From Gallionella sp. (GTDB lineage Bacteria; Pseudomonadota; Gammaproteobacteria; Burkholderiales; Gallionellaceae), in contig JAUSAO010000003.1 in assembly GCA_030652475.1 (NCBI GenBank), positions 12,960 to 76,959 on the forward strand: a DNA stretch of 64,000 nucleotides, read 5' to 3'. Positions 48,993 to 59,823 of the stretch are shown here, in pieces. The translations under genes and the position numbers were made by a program. The notes beneath the pieces are model-generated. The model had not been told where the DNA came from and did no database searches. It saw nothing but the letters and a program-made list of their open reading frames with translations. Positions within the stretch are counted from its first letter, which is position 1. Every line of letters starts with the position of its first letter.

Positions 48993-49089
48993 TGTTACTA
49001 ACCAGCAGGTCATTTTTGCTTCGCAGGCCGCCTCGAAACTATGGCAGCGCAACCTTTACACTTCCGAGCCTTAGCGGATCGGCATGCAC

Positions 49090-50046
49090 TCAGTTCTTTT
49101 GCTCAACCCGGCAACTGCTGTTATTCACTTTTCCGTCCGGCATAATCGTGTTGCACAAAATCGCACCGGACAATGCGGCTCCTGAAATATTGGCACCGGA
49201 CAAATCCGCATCAGACAAATCCGCATTCAGCAGAATGGCCCCGGTCAGATTGGCGCGTTCCAGTTGCGCGCCACGCAGCGTGGCCTTGCTCAGATTCGCT
49301 TCCGTCAGATTCGCTTGCGACAGGTTGGCGCTGGTAAGATTGGCGCGTGCCAGATTGGCTTCTGTCAGATTCGACTTGCCGAGATTGGCTTTGAACAGAT
49401 TGGCTTGCGCCAGATTGGCCATGTAAAGCTGCGCACCGGACAAATTGGCCGAACCAAGATTAGCCTCCGCCAACGAGGCATTCAGACATACACTGCGTGG
49501 CTGAATGAGACAACCGTTGACAGATGCTTCCCCAGCACTGGCCTGAAGCGCCGCAGCAGCTGTTTTTGCAGAACAGTTTGCACCGCTGTTAATTATGCCA
49601 TTCGGCATCACAGTACGGCAAAACACCGCCTTACTGAACTTAGCCCCGTTAATTTCTGCATTGCTCAGATCGGTATCGGTGAGATTGGCCTCGCTCAGGT
49701 TCGCATTTTTAAGTTTGGCGCCGGTCAGATTCGCGCCAGTCAGATTCGCGCCAGTCAGGTCGGCGTTATACAGCGTGATGCCTGCCATATTCGCTTCGGT
49801 GAAATTACCCCCCGTCAACTTGCCGTGATAAATGTTTGCGCCCTGAAGATTGGCCTTGGTTAAATTGGCTTTGGACAGATCGCCTTCCAACAACTGGGCG
49901 CCCTGCAGGTTAGCATTTTCCAGATTTTTTCCGGAAAACTGGGCGTGTGGACACTGCGTGTTCGGGATGATCGAACACTCTATCCAACCCGCATTCGCAC
50001 TCAGCGAAGTCAATAACAATAGCGATCCCAATAAAACTTTTTTCAA
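49090..50046 (-). CDS. Secreted pentapeptide-repeat protein with two Cys-capped repeat domains
   Basis: Signal peptide (MKKVLLG...SANA), many A(N/D)Lxx repeats in two blocks, each flanked by Cys; GGAG RBS before TTG 50046. Confidence 0.88.
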   Translation of the reverse strand: MKKVLLGSLLLLTSLSANAGWIECSIIPNTQCPHAQFSGKNLENANLQGAQLLEGDLSKANLTKANLQGANIYHGKLTGGNFTEANMAGITLYNADLTGANLTGANLTGAKLKNANLSEANLTDTDLSNAEINGAKFSKAVFCRTVMPNGIINSGANCSAKTAAAALQASAGEASVNGCLIQPRSVCLNASLAEANLGSANLSGAQLYMANLAQANLFKANLGKSNLTEANLARANLTSANLSQANLTEANLSKATLRGAQLERANLTGAILLNADLSDADLSGANISGAALSGAILCNTIMPDGKVNNSSCRVEQKN

Positions 50047-50139
50047 AATATTCTCCAATGGAAATTGCAAAGGTCTTCTAACCTTATGCGCACGTGCAAA
50101 CCATGCACGCGCCGTCTGACGGGCAATGTTCCAGAAAGT

Positions 50140-51675
50140 TCAAAGCTGCGGATGCGCGCGCTGCAAATTGTCATGCAACTTGTTCAGGGCATCCAGATAG
50201 GCCTGGGCAGAAGCCACCACGATATCGGTATCCGCGCCTTGCCCGTTCACAATGCGCCCTCCCTTAGCCAGACGCACCGTCACTTCACCCTGCGCATCGG
50301 TACCACTGGTGATGTTATTCACCGAATACAGCTGCAACTCGGTACCGCTATGCACGATGTGCTCTATCGCCTTAAATGTCGCGTCCACCGGGCCGCCACC
50401 TTGCATCTCGGCTTCGTGTTGTTCATCACCTATGCTTATCAGCACCCGGGCGACAGGCAAAATTCCGGTTTCACTGTGGGCGCGCAATGAGAGCAAACGA
50501 TAATGTTCATTAACTTCTGCAATGGCTTCATCGCTCACCAGAGCCTGCAAGTCCTCATCAAAGATTTCGTGTTTGCGATCAGCCAATTCCTTGAAACGCT
50601 GAAACGCTGCATTAAATGCCTCTTCCGAGGCAAATTCGATGTTCAACGCCGCAAAACGCTGACGCAAGGCATTGCGGCCAGAAAGCTTGCCCAGCGTCAG
50701 TTTATTGGCATTCCAGCCCACATCTTCGGCACGCATAATCTCGTAGGTTTCCCTGTGTTTGAGCACGCCATCCTGATGAATGCCGGACTCATGCGCAAAA
50801 GCATTCGCACCCACTATCGCCTTGTTCGGCTGCACCGGATAGCCGGTAATACTGGAAACCAGCTTGGAAGTCGGCACGATCTGCGTCGTGTCGATGCGCG
50901 TTTCCAGATTGAATACGTCGCGACGGGTTTTTACCGCCATGACGATTTCTTCCAGCGAGGCATTGCCGGCGCGCTCCCCCAGACCATTGATGGTGCACTC
51001 AACCTGACGCGCACCATTCAGCACCGCTGACAGGGAATTTGCCACGGCCAGACCCAGATCGTTGTGACAATGGGTGGACCAGATCACTTTGTCCGAATTC
51101 GGCACACGGGCTATCAATTGGTTAATGCGCTCACCCCATGCCGCGGGGATGGAATAACCGACCGTATCCGGCACATTCAGCGTTCTGGCACCTGCCTGAA
51201 TCACCGCATCGAACACACGCACCAGAAAATCCATGTCTGAACGCACCGCATCCTCAGCGGAAAATTCTACGTCGTCGGTATATTCCAGCGCCCATTTCAC
51301 CGCAGCTACAGCGCGTTCAACCACCTGATCCTCGCTCATGCGCAACTTGTGCTGCATATGTATAGGGCTGGTAGCGATAAAGGTGTGGATACGGCCCGAT
51401 TTGGCTGGCTGTATCGCCTCGCCCGCGCGGCGCACATCATTTTCGCTGGCACGGGCCAGCGAACATACCGTCGCGTCCTTGACTGTTTCAGCAACTGCAC
51501 GGACTGCCGCAAAATCGCCCGGACTGGCGGCAGCAAAACCCGCCTCGATCACATCCACGCCCAATTTTTCCAGCTGACGTGCAATGCGTATTTTCTTTTC
51601 GCGGGTCATCGCCGCGCCCGGGCTTGGTTCGCCATCACGCAATGTAGTGTCGAATATAATTAACTGGTTTGTCAT
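50140..51675 (-). CDS. leuA: 2-isopropylmalate synthase (RDGEP variant motif)
   Basis: [32 protein letters not shown] and C-terminal regulatory domain. Confidence 0.92.
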   Translation of the reverse strand: MTNQLIIFDTTLRDGEPSPGAAMTREKKIRIARQLEKLGVDVIEAGFAAASPGDFAAVRAVAETVKDATVCSLARASENDVRRAGEAIQPAKSGRIHTFIATSPIHMQHKLRMSEDQVVERAVAAVKWALEYTDDVEFSAEDAVRSDMDFLVRVFDAVIQAGARTLNVPDTVGYSIPAAWGERINQLIARVPNSDKVIWSTHCHNDLGLAVANSLSAVLNGARQVECTINGLGERAGNASLEEIVMAVKTRRDVFNLETRIDTTQIVPTSKLVSSITGYPVQPNKAIVGANAFAHESGIHQDGVLKHRETYEIMRAEDVGWNANKLTLGKLSGRNALRQRFAALNIEFASEEAFNAAFQRFKELADRKHEIFDEDLQALVSDEAIAEVNEHYRLLSLRAHSETGILPVARVLISIGDEQHEAEMQGGGPVDATFKAIEHIVHSGTELQLYSVNNITSGTDAQGEVTVRLAKGGRIVNGQGADTDIVVASAQAYLDALNKLHDNLQRAHPQL

Positions 51676-51756
51676 GCTGAACTCCTGATGAAATAGATTA
51701 ACCTGCGCAATCACCGAGGATTGACGCACTTGATACTTCAAATTTCGGGTATAGGA

Positions 51757-51837
51757 TTAGCGCGCGCCGCGCAGCAACAGCGCAGCCAGCAAGCTGAATG
51801 TGGAATGAAGCTGAGAGATTTGGCGTGAAAAATGCAT
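51757..51837 (-). CDS. Putative leu leader peptide MHFSRQISQLHSTFSLLAALLLRGAR
   Basis: 26-codon uORF ending 82 bp upstream of leuA, with 5 Leu codons in a 7-codon cluster near its end. Confidence 0.65.
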   Translation of the reverse strand: MHFSRQISQLHSTFSLLAALLLRGAR

Positions 51838-51864
51838 GTCGCGAATATAACGAGTTTTGACGAC

Positions 51865-52608
51865 TCACGCAATGGGCTTGCTGCGCCGCCGCACAAACCA
51901 CATCACAAAGCCTGACAAGGCATAGCAAAGAAACAAGCCAAATAATACGCGCGGAGGATCGCTCGAAATCAGCACAAAGAACAGCGCCGCGAGAAAAATT
52001 ACCAGGAACGGCACGCTCTTGCGCATATTGATGGTTTTAAAACTGTAAAACGGCAGATTGCTGACCATGCTCAGCCCGGCAAACACCGTGAGTGCGGCTG
52101 CATACCAGCGCAGTTCATCGCCCTTAAAGCCGTAATCCAACATCACCCAGACAAAACCCGCCACCAAGGCAGCTGCAGCCGGGCTGGGCAAGCCCTGAAA
52201 ATAATTCTTATCGACAATATCGATGTTGGTATTGAAACGCGCCAGACGCAAGGCAGTCGCCACGCAATAAATGAAAGCGGCAAACCACCCCCACTTGCCC
52301 ATGCCCTTCAATGCCCATTCGTACATGACCAGCGAAGGCGCGACACCGAATGAAACCATGTCAGACAAGCTGTCATATTCCGCACCGAATTCACTTTGCG
52401 TGTGCGTCATACGCGCCACACGCCCATCCAGCCCGTCCAGCACCATGGCGATGAAAATTGCCACCGCTGCATACTCGAACCTGCCGTTCATCGCCTGCAC
52501 AATGGCATAGAACCCCGCAAATAGTGCGCCCGTGGTAAACAAATTGGGCAGCAGATAGATGCCGCGGCGGCGTAGATTCATCGGCTTGCGTGTATTGAAT
52601 TCGTCCAT
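51865..52608 (-). CDS. pssA: CDP-diacylglycerol--serine O-phosphatidyltransferase
   Basis: LPNLFT, DGLDGRVAR...GAEYDSLSD, ALRLARFN and FQGLPSPAAA. Confidence 0.94.
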   Translation of the reverse strand: MDEFNTRKPMNLRRRGIYLLPNLFTTGALFAGFYAIVQAMNGRFEYAAVAIFIAMVLDGLDGRVARMTHTQSEFGAEYDSLSDMVSFGVAPSLVMYEWALKGMGKWGWFAAFIYCVATALRLARFNTNIDIVDKNYFQGLPSPAAAALVAGFVWVMLDYGFKGDELRWYAAALTVFAGLSMVSNLPFYSFKTINMRKSVPFLVIFLAALFFVLISSDPPRVLFGLFLCYALSGFVMWFVRRRSKPIA

Positions 52609-52688
52609 GACCGAAGATTAACCGTTTTGTGTCAATACTGCCAGCAGTAGAACTCACTGACGGCGAAAATTCATGAGAGTCAAACAGA

Positions 52689-52785
52689 GGAAGTGGAAAG
52701 TGGGGAAATCCACTACAAAAAATTGGGGAGTAGTCAGTGAGAAACCGCTCCCACTCACTACTCCCCACTGACCACTTATTACTTC
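52689..52785. repeat. Degenerate inverted heptamer arrays (AGT / ACT cores)
   Basis: ggaagtg gaaagtg ... ggggagt agtcagt ... ccactca ctactcc ccactga ccactta ttacttc, directly after the ilvC stop. Confidence 0.65.
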
Positions 52786-53918
<1,133 letters not shown>

Positions 53919-53925
53919 TTTTAAT

Positions 53926-54417
53926 TCACAGTTTCAAAATCCTGTTGCCACGCCCGATGCCGGACGCGCCGGTACGTACCGTTTCCAGAATCAGGTCACG
54001 GCCAATTGCATCGATAAAACTATCCAGCTTAACTCTCGAACCGGTCAATTCGATAGTGTAGGTGTGATCCGATACATCCAGAATCCGCCCGCGAAAAATA
54101 TCTGTCAGACGCTTCAGCTCTTCACGAGCCTCACCCTCAGCGCGCAGTTTAAGCAACATCAGCTCGCGCTCGATATGCTCACCTTCGCTCAAGTCCATCA
54201 CCGACACGACATCGACCAGCTTATTGAGTTGCTTGTTAATCTGCTCGATGACCGCATCCGAACCGCTGGTGACGATAGTCATGCGCGACAGGGTAGCATC
54301 TTCAGTCGGCGCCACCGTCAGCGATTCGATATTGTAACCGCGTGCAGAAAACAAACCTGCCACGCGCGACAACGCGCCCGCTTCGTTTTCCATCAACAAA
54401 GAAATGATATGGCGCAT
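53926..54417 (-). CDS. ilvH: Acetolactate synthase small subunit
   Basis: MRHIISLLMENEAGALSRV, RGYNIESL and ETVRTG. Confidence 0.95.
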   Translation of the reverse strand: MRHIISLLMENEAGALSRVAGLFSARGYNIESLTVAPTEDATLSRMTIVTSGSDAVIEQINKQLNKLVDVVSVMDLSEGEHIERELMLLKLRAEGEAREELKRLTDIFRGRILDVSDHTYTIELTGSRVKLDSFIDAIGRDLILETVRTGASGIGRGNRILKL

Positions 54418-56126
54418 TATAAATCCTCCGCCAGAACAACTTCAGACAAACCCTTGCCGCCAGGCACCATAGGGAACACATTTTCGGTCGAGTCCGTACG
54501 GAAGTCCATGAACACCAGATCATTCTTGCGCGAGAAGGCTTCTTTCATCGCAGGTTCCACATCAGCCGGTTTATCAATACGCATGCCGATATGGCCATAC
54601 GCTTCAGCCACTTTCACGAAGTCAGGCAACGCGTCCATGTAGGATTCCGAAAAACGGTTGCCGTGGAAAAATTCCTGCCACTGGCGCACCATACCCAAAT
54701 AGCCGTTGTTCAGTGACAGCACCTTGATCGGCAGATGATATTGCTTGCAGGTGGACAATTCCTGAATATTCATCTGGATACTGCCCTCACCCGTCACGCA
54801 AGCCACCGTCTCTCCCGGATGTTTGAGTTGCACACCCATCGCCGCCGGCAATCCGAAACCCATCGTACCCAGACCGCCGGAGTTGATCCAGCGACGCGGA
54901 TGATTGAATTTGTAATACTGCGCCGCCCACATCTGGTGCTGCCCCACATCGGAGGTGACAAACGCATCACCGCCTGTCAGCTTATGCAGCGTCTCAATCA
55001 CGAATTGCGGCTTGATGATCTCGCTGGAGTTTTTGTAGCGCAAACCACCGCCTGTCACGCGCCATTCATCGACCTGCTTCCACCATGCCGCCATTTCGGC
55101 CGCATCCGGCTTTTGACGACTGGCGCGCAATACTTCCAGCAATTCAGTCAGAACCAGCTTCAAGTCACCGACTATCGGCACATCCACCTTGACGCGCTTG
55201 GCAATCGAAGAGGGGTCGATGTCGATATGAATGATTTTGCGCGGCACCTGAGCAAAATGTTCGACGTTGCCGATTACGCGGTCGTCAAAACGCGCGCCGA
55301 TGGCCACCAGCACATCGCAATGCTGCATCGCCATGTTGGCTTCATAGGTGCCGTGCATGCCCAGCATGCCGACGAACTGCTTGTCATTGGCAGGAAAGCC
55401 ACCCAACCCCATCAGGGTATTGGTGCACGGGAAACCCAGCAAACGAACCAGATCGGTCAACTGCGCAGACGAATCGGACAGTACCACGCCGCCACCCGCA
55501 TAAATCATTGGCCGCTTGGCCTCCAGCATCATCTGCGCCGCATGTCTGATCTGCGCGCTATCGCCACGACCTTGCGGATGATAAGAACGAATATTGACGC
55601 TGGCCGGATAAACAAACTCGGTTTTATGGCCGGAAACGTCTTTCGGTATATCCACCAGAACCGGGCCTGGACGACCCGACTTGGCCAGATAAAAAGCCTT
55701 TTTAATCGTCGAGGCGATGTCTTTCACATCCTTTACCAAGAAGTTGTGCTTCACGCAGGGTCGGGTAATACCGACCGCATCCACCTCCTGAAACGCATCC
55801 TCACCGATCGCAAACGTCGGCACCTGGCCACTGATTACCACCATCGGTATCGAATCCAGATAGGCGGTTGCAATCCCGGTCACTGCATTCGTCAAGCCGG
55901 GACCGGAAGTAACCAGCGCAACGCCCACCTTATCAGAGGAACGCGCGTAGCCGTCAGCCGCATGCACGGCTGCCTGTTCATGGCGCACCAAAATATGCTT
56001 GACCTTGTCCTGCTGGAACAGCGCATCGTAAATGTGCAGTACCGCCCCGCCCGGGTAGCCGAATAAATATTCAACACCCTCTTCTTGTAAACAACGGATG
56101 GTTATTTCCGCACCGGTCATCTCCAT
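54417..56126 (-). CDS. ilvI: Acetolactate synthase large subunit
   Basis: FGYPGGA, RHEQAA, GMLGMHG, SDVGQHQ, SGGLGTMG and GEGS...NN ThDP motif. Confidence 0.93.
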   Translation of the reverse strand: MEMTGAEITIRCLQEEGVEYLFGYPGGAVLHIYDALFQQDKVKHILVRHEQAAVHAADGYARSSDKVGVALVTSGPGLTNAVTGIATAYLDSIPMVVISGQVPTFAIGEDAFQEVDAVGITRPCVKHNFLVKDVKDIASTIKKAFYLAKSGRPGPVLVDIPKDVSGHKTEFVYPASVNIRSYHPQGRGDSAQIRHAAQMMLEAKRPMIYAGGGVVLSDSSAQLTDLVRLLGFPCTNTLMGLGGFPANDKQFVGMLGMHGTYEANMAMQHCDVLVAIGARFDDRVIGNVEHFAQVPRKIIHIDIDPSSIAKRVKVDVPIVGDLKLVLTELLEVLRASRQKPDAAEMAAWWKQVDEWRVTGGGLRYKNSSEIIKPQFVIETLHKLTGGDAFVTSDVGQHQMWAAQYYKFNHPRRWINSGGLGTMGFGLPAAMGVQLKHPGETVACVTGEGSIQMNIQELSTCKQYHLPIKVLSLNNGYLGMVRQWQEFFHGNRFSESYMDALPDFVKVAEAYGHIGMRIDKPADVEPAMKEAFSRKNDLVFMDFRTDSTENVFPMVPGGKGLSEVVLAEDL

Positions 56127-56275
56127 GACACACACCCTATGATTAAACTAAAAAGAACTGCGTAAGATAAAGGGAAGCGGCATTTTGGTCAACTACTTAC
56201 GTCGCATACCCACATGTTTTCTGGCTAAAAACACCGTAATTTGTTAGTATTCGCACTCATTGCAAGGAGTAAAAA

Positions 56276-56845
56276 CTGGCAACCCAAGCTGAATTAAGCG
56301 ATTTTCTGAGCCGCATCGAACGCCGTGCTTACAAACATGCCGCCTTTGCTGTGCACGATAGCCATACCGCGCTGGATATCGTTCAGGACGCCATGATCAA
56401 ACTGGCGGAAAGGTATGGCGACAAGCCTGCCGACGAATTGCCTTTGTTGTTCCATCGTATTTTGCAGAACACTATTCGTGACCATTACCGTCGTCAAAAG
56501 GTGCGCACGCACTGGATATCACTATTCTCCGCCTTTCAGCCCAAGCACGACGAAGAGGAATTCGACCCGCTGGATGTGCTTGAGGATGACAACAATCAAA
56601 GTACCCCTGCAACCCCGGATTCGGCCATGCAACAAAAGCAGATTTTGGCCTTGATCGAACAGGCCTTAAGCAAACTCCCGCTGCGTCAACGCGAAGCCTT
56701 TCTGCTGCGTTACTGGGAAGGGTTGGATACAGCCGAAACAGCCAGGGCGATGGGATGTACCGAAGGCAGCGTCAAAACCCACTGTTCGAGAGCGAATCAC
56801 GCTTTAGCCGCGACGCTAAAAGCTAAAGGAGTTGAATTACCATGA
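56276..56845 (+). CDS. ECF RNA polymerase sigma factor, probably CTG-initiated
   Basis: Region 2 (DIVQDAMIKL) and region 4 (LPLRQREAFLLRYWEG...GSVKTHCSRA). CTG at 56276 follows AAGGAG, with an in-frame TAA at 56270. Confidence 0.85.
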   Translation: MATQAELSDFLSRIERRAYKHAAFAVHDSHTALDIVQDAMIKLAERYGDKPADELPLLFHRILQNTIRDHYRRQKVRTHWISLFSAFQPKHDEEEFDPLDVLEDDNNQSTPATPDSAMQQKQILALIEQALSKLPLRQREAFLLRYWEGLDTAETARAMGCTEGSVKTHCSRANHALAATLKAKGVELP

Positions 56846-57192
56846 AACCATATAAGCAAGACCTGAATCACACGCTCATAGCTGAATTGCTCACGCAAAG
56901 CAGCGGGCAACTTGATGAGCATATTGTCACTACACTACGTCAGGCGCGCGCCATTGCATTGCAAAAGCAAAAACTGCGCGAGCCCGTCCTGTCGTTGAGC
57001 GCGATAGGCCATCGCGCCCACGCGCTTATGCCGCATTCCACCCATCAATGGCTGGCGACAGCCATGCTGATCGCGGCGATCATCGTCAGCGTGACCAGCT
57101 ATTGTCAATACACGCAAGAACATCAGGGTAGCCATCTGGATATCGCCATTCTGACCGACGATTTGCCCATGGAAGTGTTCATAGATCATTAA
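56842..57192 (+). CDS. DUF3619-like membrane protein (putative anti-sigma)
   Basis: LRQARAIAL, one TM segment and LDIAILTDDLP; overlaps the sigma stop. Confidence 0.7.
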   Translation: MKPYKQDLNHTLIAELLTQSSGQLDEHIVTTLRQARAIALQKQKLREPVLSLSAIGHRAHALMPHSTHQWLATAMLIAAIIVSVTSYCQYTQEHQGSHLDIAILTDDLPMEVFIDH

Positions 57193-57196
57193 GCAC

Positions 57197-57559
57197 ATGA
57201 AAATACTCATCGCCGCGTTTGCATTCTGCTGCTCGCTCAACGTCTCCTTGGTCGCTGCCTCACCGGAGCCCTGGCACAAGCTCACCTCTTCCGAACAGGC
57301 AGCGCTTGCGCCAGTGCAGTCGCAATGGAGCAGCTTATCCGAAGCGCAGCAACGTAACTTTCTGGATATCGCTCATCATTATCCTGATCTTAATCCGAGC
57401 GAAAAACAGCGTTTCCTGAGCCGATTAGCAACATGGGCCAAACTCACTCCGGAACAACGTCAGGCAGCGCGCGACAAATATCGTGCCTTTAGCAAGATAC
57501 CGGAAGAAAAACGCGAGCAGGTCAAACAGATGATTACACAAGACCAGAAAAACAAATAA
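57197..57559 (+). CDS. DUF3106-like periplasmic protein
   Basis: Signal peptide and repeated W..L/T..Q motifs (WHKLTSSEQ, WSSLSEAQQ, WAKLTPEQR). Confidence 0.72.
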   Translation: MKILIAAFAFCCSLNVSLVAASPEPWHKLTSSEQAALAPVQSQWSSLSEAQQRNFLDIAHHYPDLNPSEKQRFLSRLATWAKLTPEQRQAARDKYRAFSKIPEEKREQVKQMITQDQKNK

Positions 57560-57585
57560 GCCGTCTCCCGCCTTCAACAACACGA

Positions 57586-58662
57586 TCAGCGCCGTTCTAT
57601 CCACCACAGCATCACACCACCCAGCAACAAAAACAGGCCTGTCATTGCCGTGGCGCTGAGCACGGGTTGCCAGCCATTGAGTGCGCCCAGACTGGCGAAC
57701 AGACGACCGGCAAAGTGAAACACCAGCCCCAGCACAATCCCCATGAATATCATCACGCTGATACCGCCCTTGCGCCGCTGATAAGACGCGAAAGGCAATG
57801 CCAGCACCATCATCACCAGCAAGGCAAACGGGTAAACCAGCTTGTTCCACATTGCGATTTCGTAACGCACACTCTGCTGCTTGTTTTCTTTCAGATGGGT
57901 CGCGTATTTATACAAATCGATGGCAGACATTTGTTCAGGCACCACCAGCATCACGCTCAGTATCCCCGGCGTCAGCGCGGATTTCCATGGCTGATTTTGT
58001 AACTCAGTGGTCGTTACGCCGCGCTTGTCAAAACGCGTCTCCAGCACCTCCCCCAACAGCCAGCTTCCCGGCTTGACATAGCTTGCCTGTTTGGCGCTGA
58101 TAATCGCCTGCAAATGAAAAGCCTCGTCAAAACTGTAAATCGTGATGTCCGACAAGCTGGTGTCAGGCATCACGCTTCTGACATTGACGAAACTGCGATC
58201 ATCCTTCACCCATACGCCGGAGCGGAATGCCTGCAAGGAAACCTGCGTATGCATCGCTTCAAGTCGCAATTTCTGCGCCATACGTTCGCTGGGCGGCGCC
58301 AGCAATTCACCGCAGATAAAACTGAGCATGACCATGGGCAACGCAATTTTTCCCAGCGCGACCAGCATCTGCACTGTCGACGCCCCTGAAGCACGATATA
58401 TCGTCACCTCTGAGCGTGCCGCCATTTGCACCAGCGCAACGATAGTGCCCACCAGCACCGCCACCGGAAACAGCTCGTAGATATGCCCCGGCATCGTCAG
58501 TACAACGAACAGCAAGACGTAGCCCAGGCCGTATTGACCATAACCCATCACGCTCAGCTCATGAATAAAATCAAGGAAAGCAAACAACATGATAAGCGCG
58601 GCAAACACCAGCGCGACACTGGCGTATATTTCCTTAGCCAGATAGCGAGTCAATAAATTCAT
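57586..58662 (-). CDS. lptG: LPS export ABC transporter permease LptG
   Basis: MNLLTRYLA, ARSEVTIYRASG and AMWNKLVYP; translationally coupled to lptF. Confidence 0.9.
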   Translation of the reverse strand: MNLLTRYLAKEIYASVALVFAALIMLFAFLDFIHELSVMGYGQYGLGYVLLFVVLTMPGHIYELFPVAVLVGTIVALVQMAARSEVTIYRASGASTVQMLVALGKIALPMVMLSFICGELLAPPSERMAQKLRLEAMHTQVSLQAFRSGVWVKDDRSFVNVRSVMPDTSLSDITIYSFDEAFHLQAIISAKQASYVKPGSWLLGEVLETRFDKRGVTTTELQNQPWKSALTPGILSVMLVVPEQMSAIDLYKYATHLKENKQQSVRYEIAMWNKLVYPFALLVMMVLALPFASYQRRKGGISVMIFMGIVLGLVFHFAGRLFASLGALNGWQPVLSATAMTGLFLLLGGVMLWWIERR

Positions 58663-59792
58663 TTCCTGAGCACCCTGCGCAGCGAGAACAACGACATGCG
58701 CCAATAAAATAACAACACGGTGATCAGCAACATCAACACATGTATGCCCCACAGCCCGATACCGGGCGACAGCTTGCCCTGCCCAACCCACGCGTTGGTC
58801 ACACTAATCATGTTGCTGTACAGCATGTACAGCACAATAGCCATAATCAGGTTCAACGAACGTCCAGCACGGGGATTGACATAACTCAAGGCAATGGCCA
58901 GCAATGAAAGCACGGCCGCGCTTATCGGCAACCCTAAACGCCATTCCAGTTCAGACAGGTTCCAGGTCGTGGGATTACGCCACAATTCCGGGGTAGTCAT
59001 CGTGCGCGCATTCGGCTGCGCCTGCTTGGTCGCTACGCTGTCTATACGCATTGCATAACGTTCAAATTCCACGATGCGATAATCGCGCTGACCCGGCGTA
59101 CCCTCATAACGCGTGCCATTCAATAACACCAGAAAACGGTCACCGTTCGGCAACGTTTCCTGAAAGCCCTGGCGTGCCACCATCGTGCCCAGTTGCTTAT
59201 TTTGCACAGAACGCACGAAGATATTACCGACCTGATTGCTGCTCACATCGACATCCTCGACAAAATACACTCTGTCCGCCTGATTCGACTCGCGAAACAC
59301 GCCGGGTTTCACCATGGCAACTTCATCACGGCTTTCCAGTTTGTTTTTATATACCTCCGCTTTTTGCAAAGCCCACGGTGACAACACCAGACTGAGCAGC
59401 GCAATCAACACCACCACGGGGATGGAATACCATAACACCGGTCGTATCCAGCGCGTCAGGCCGATACCGGCACAGAACCACACCACCATTTCACTGTCGC
59501 GATAACAGCGCGACAGCGTCAGCAAAATGGATATAAACAGACTGATCGAAAGCAGCACAGGCAGATAATTCAAGGCGCTAAAACCAAGCAGTGCCAATAC
59601 GCCATCCGCGGCCAGCTTGCCGCTGACTGCGGCACCCAGAAAACGAATCAGCTGACTGACCACCACAATGCCCAGCAAGGTTGCAAATACCAGCAAGCCA
59701 TTGCCGACAAACTCAAGCACCAGAGCACGCTGAAAGAGGTCGCGGCGAAACAACTTTGACTTTACACGGGAAGTTTGCGGATAATCAGGCAT
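58659..59792 (-). CDS. lptF: LPS export ABC transporter permease LptF
   Basis: RCYRDSEMVVWFCAG, GTRYEG, ELEWRLGLP and YVNPRAGR; start uncertain; divergent from pepA. Confidence 0.9.
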   Translation of the reverse strand: MPDYPQTSRVKSKLFRRDLFQRALVLEFVGNGLLVFATLLGIVVVSQLIRFLGAAVSGKLAADGVLALLGFSALNYLPVLLSISLFISILLTLSRCYRDSEMVVWFCAGIGLTRWIRPVLWYSIPVVVLIALLSLVLSPWALQKAEVYKNKLESRDEVAMVKPGVFRESNQADRVYFVEDVDVSSNQVGNIFVRSVQNKQLGTMVARQGFQETLPNGDRFLVLLNGTRYEGTPGQRDYRIVEFERYAMRIDSVATKQAQPNARTMTTPELWRNPTTWNLSELEWRLGLPISAAVLSLLAIALSYVNPRAGRSLNLIMAIVLYMLYSNMISVTNAWVGQGKLSPGIGLWGIHVLMLLITVLLFYWRMSLFSLRRVLRK

Positions 59793-59823
59793 CGGAACAT
59801 AAAATTGAATGAGGGAGCAACGC

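Noticed and set aside
49150-49950. Regularly spaced cagattcgc/cagattggc DNA repeats as a possible CRISPR-like array
   Set aside because: The 15-bp periodicity is explained by the pentapeptide-repeat protein coding sequence; there are no unique spacers and no cas genes.
56127-56275. Search for an Ile/Val/Leu leader peptide upstream of ilvI
   Set aside because: The only short uORF noticed (MWVCDVSS) is not enriched in branched-chain codons, and no terminator is evident.
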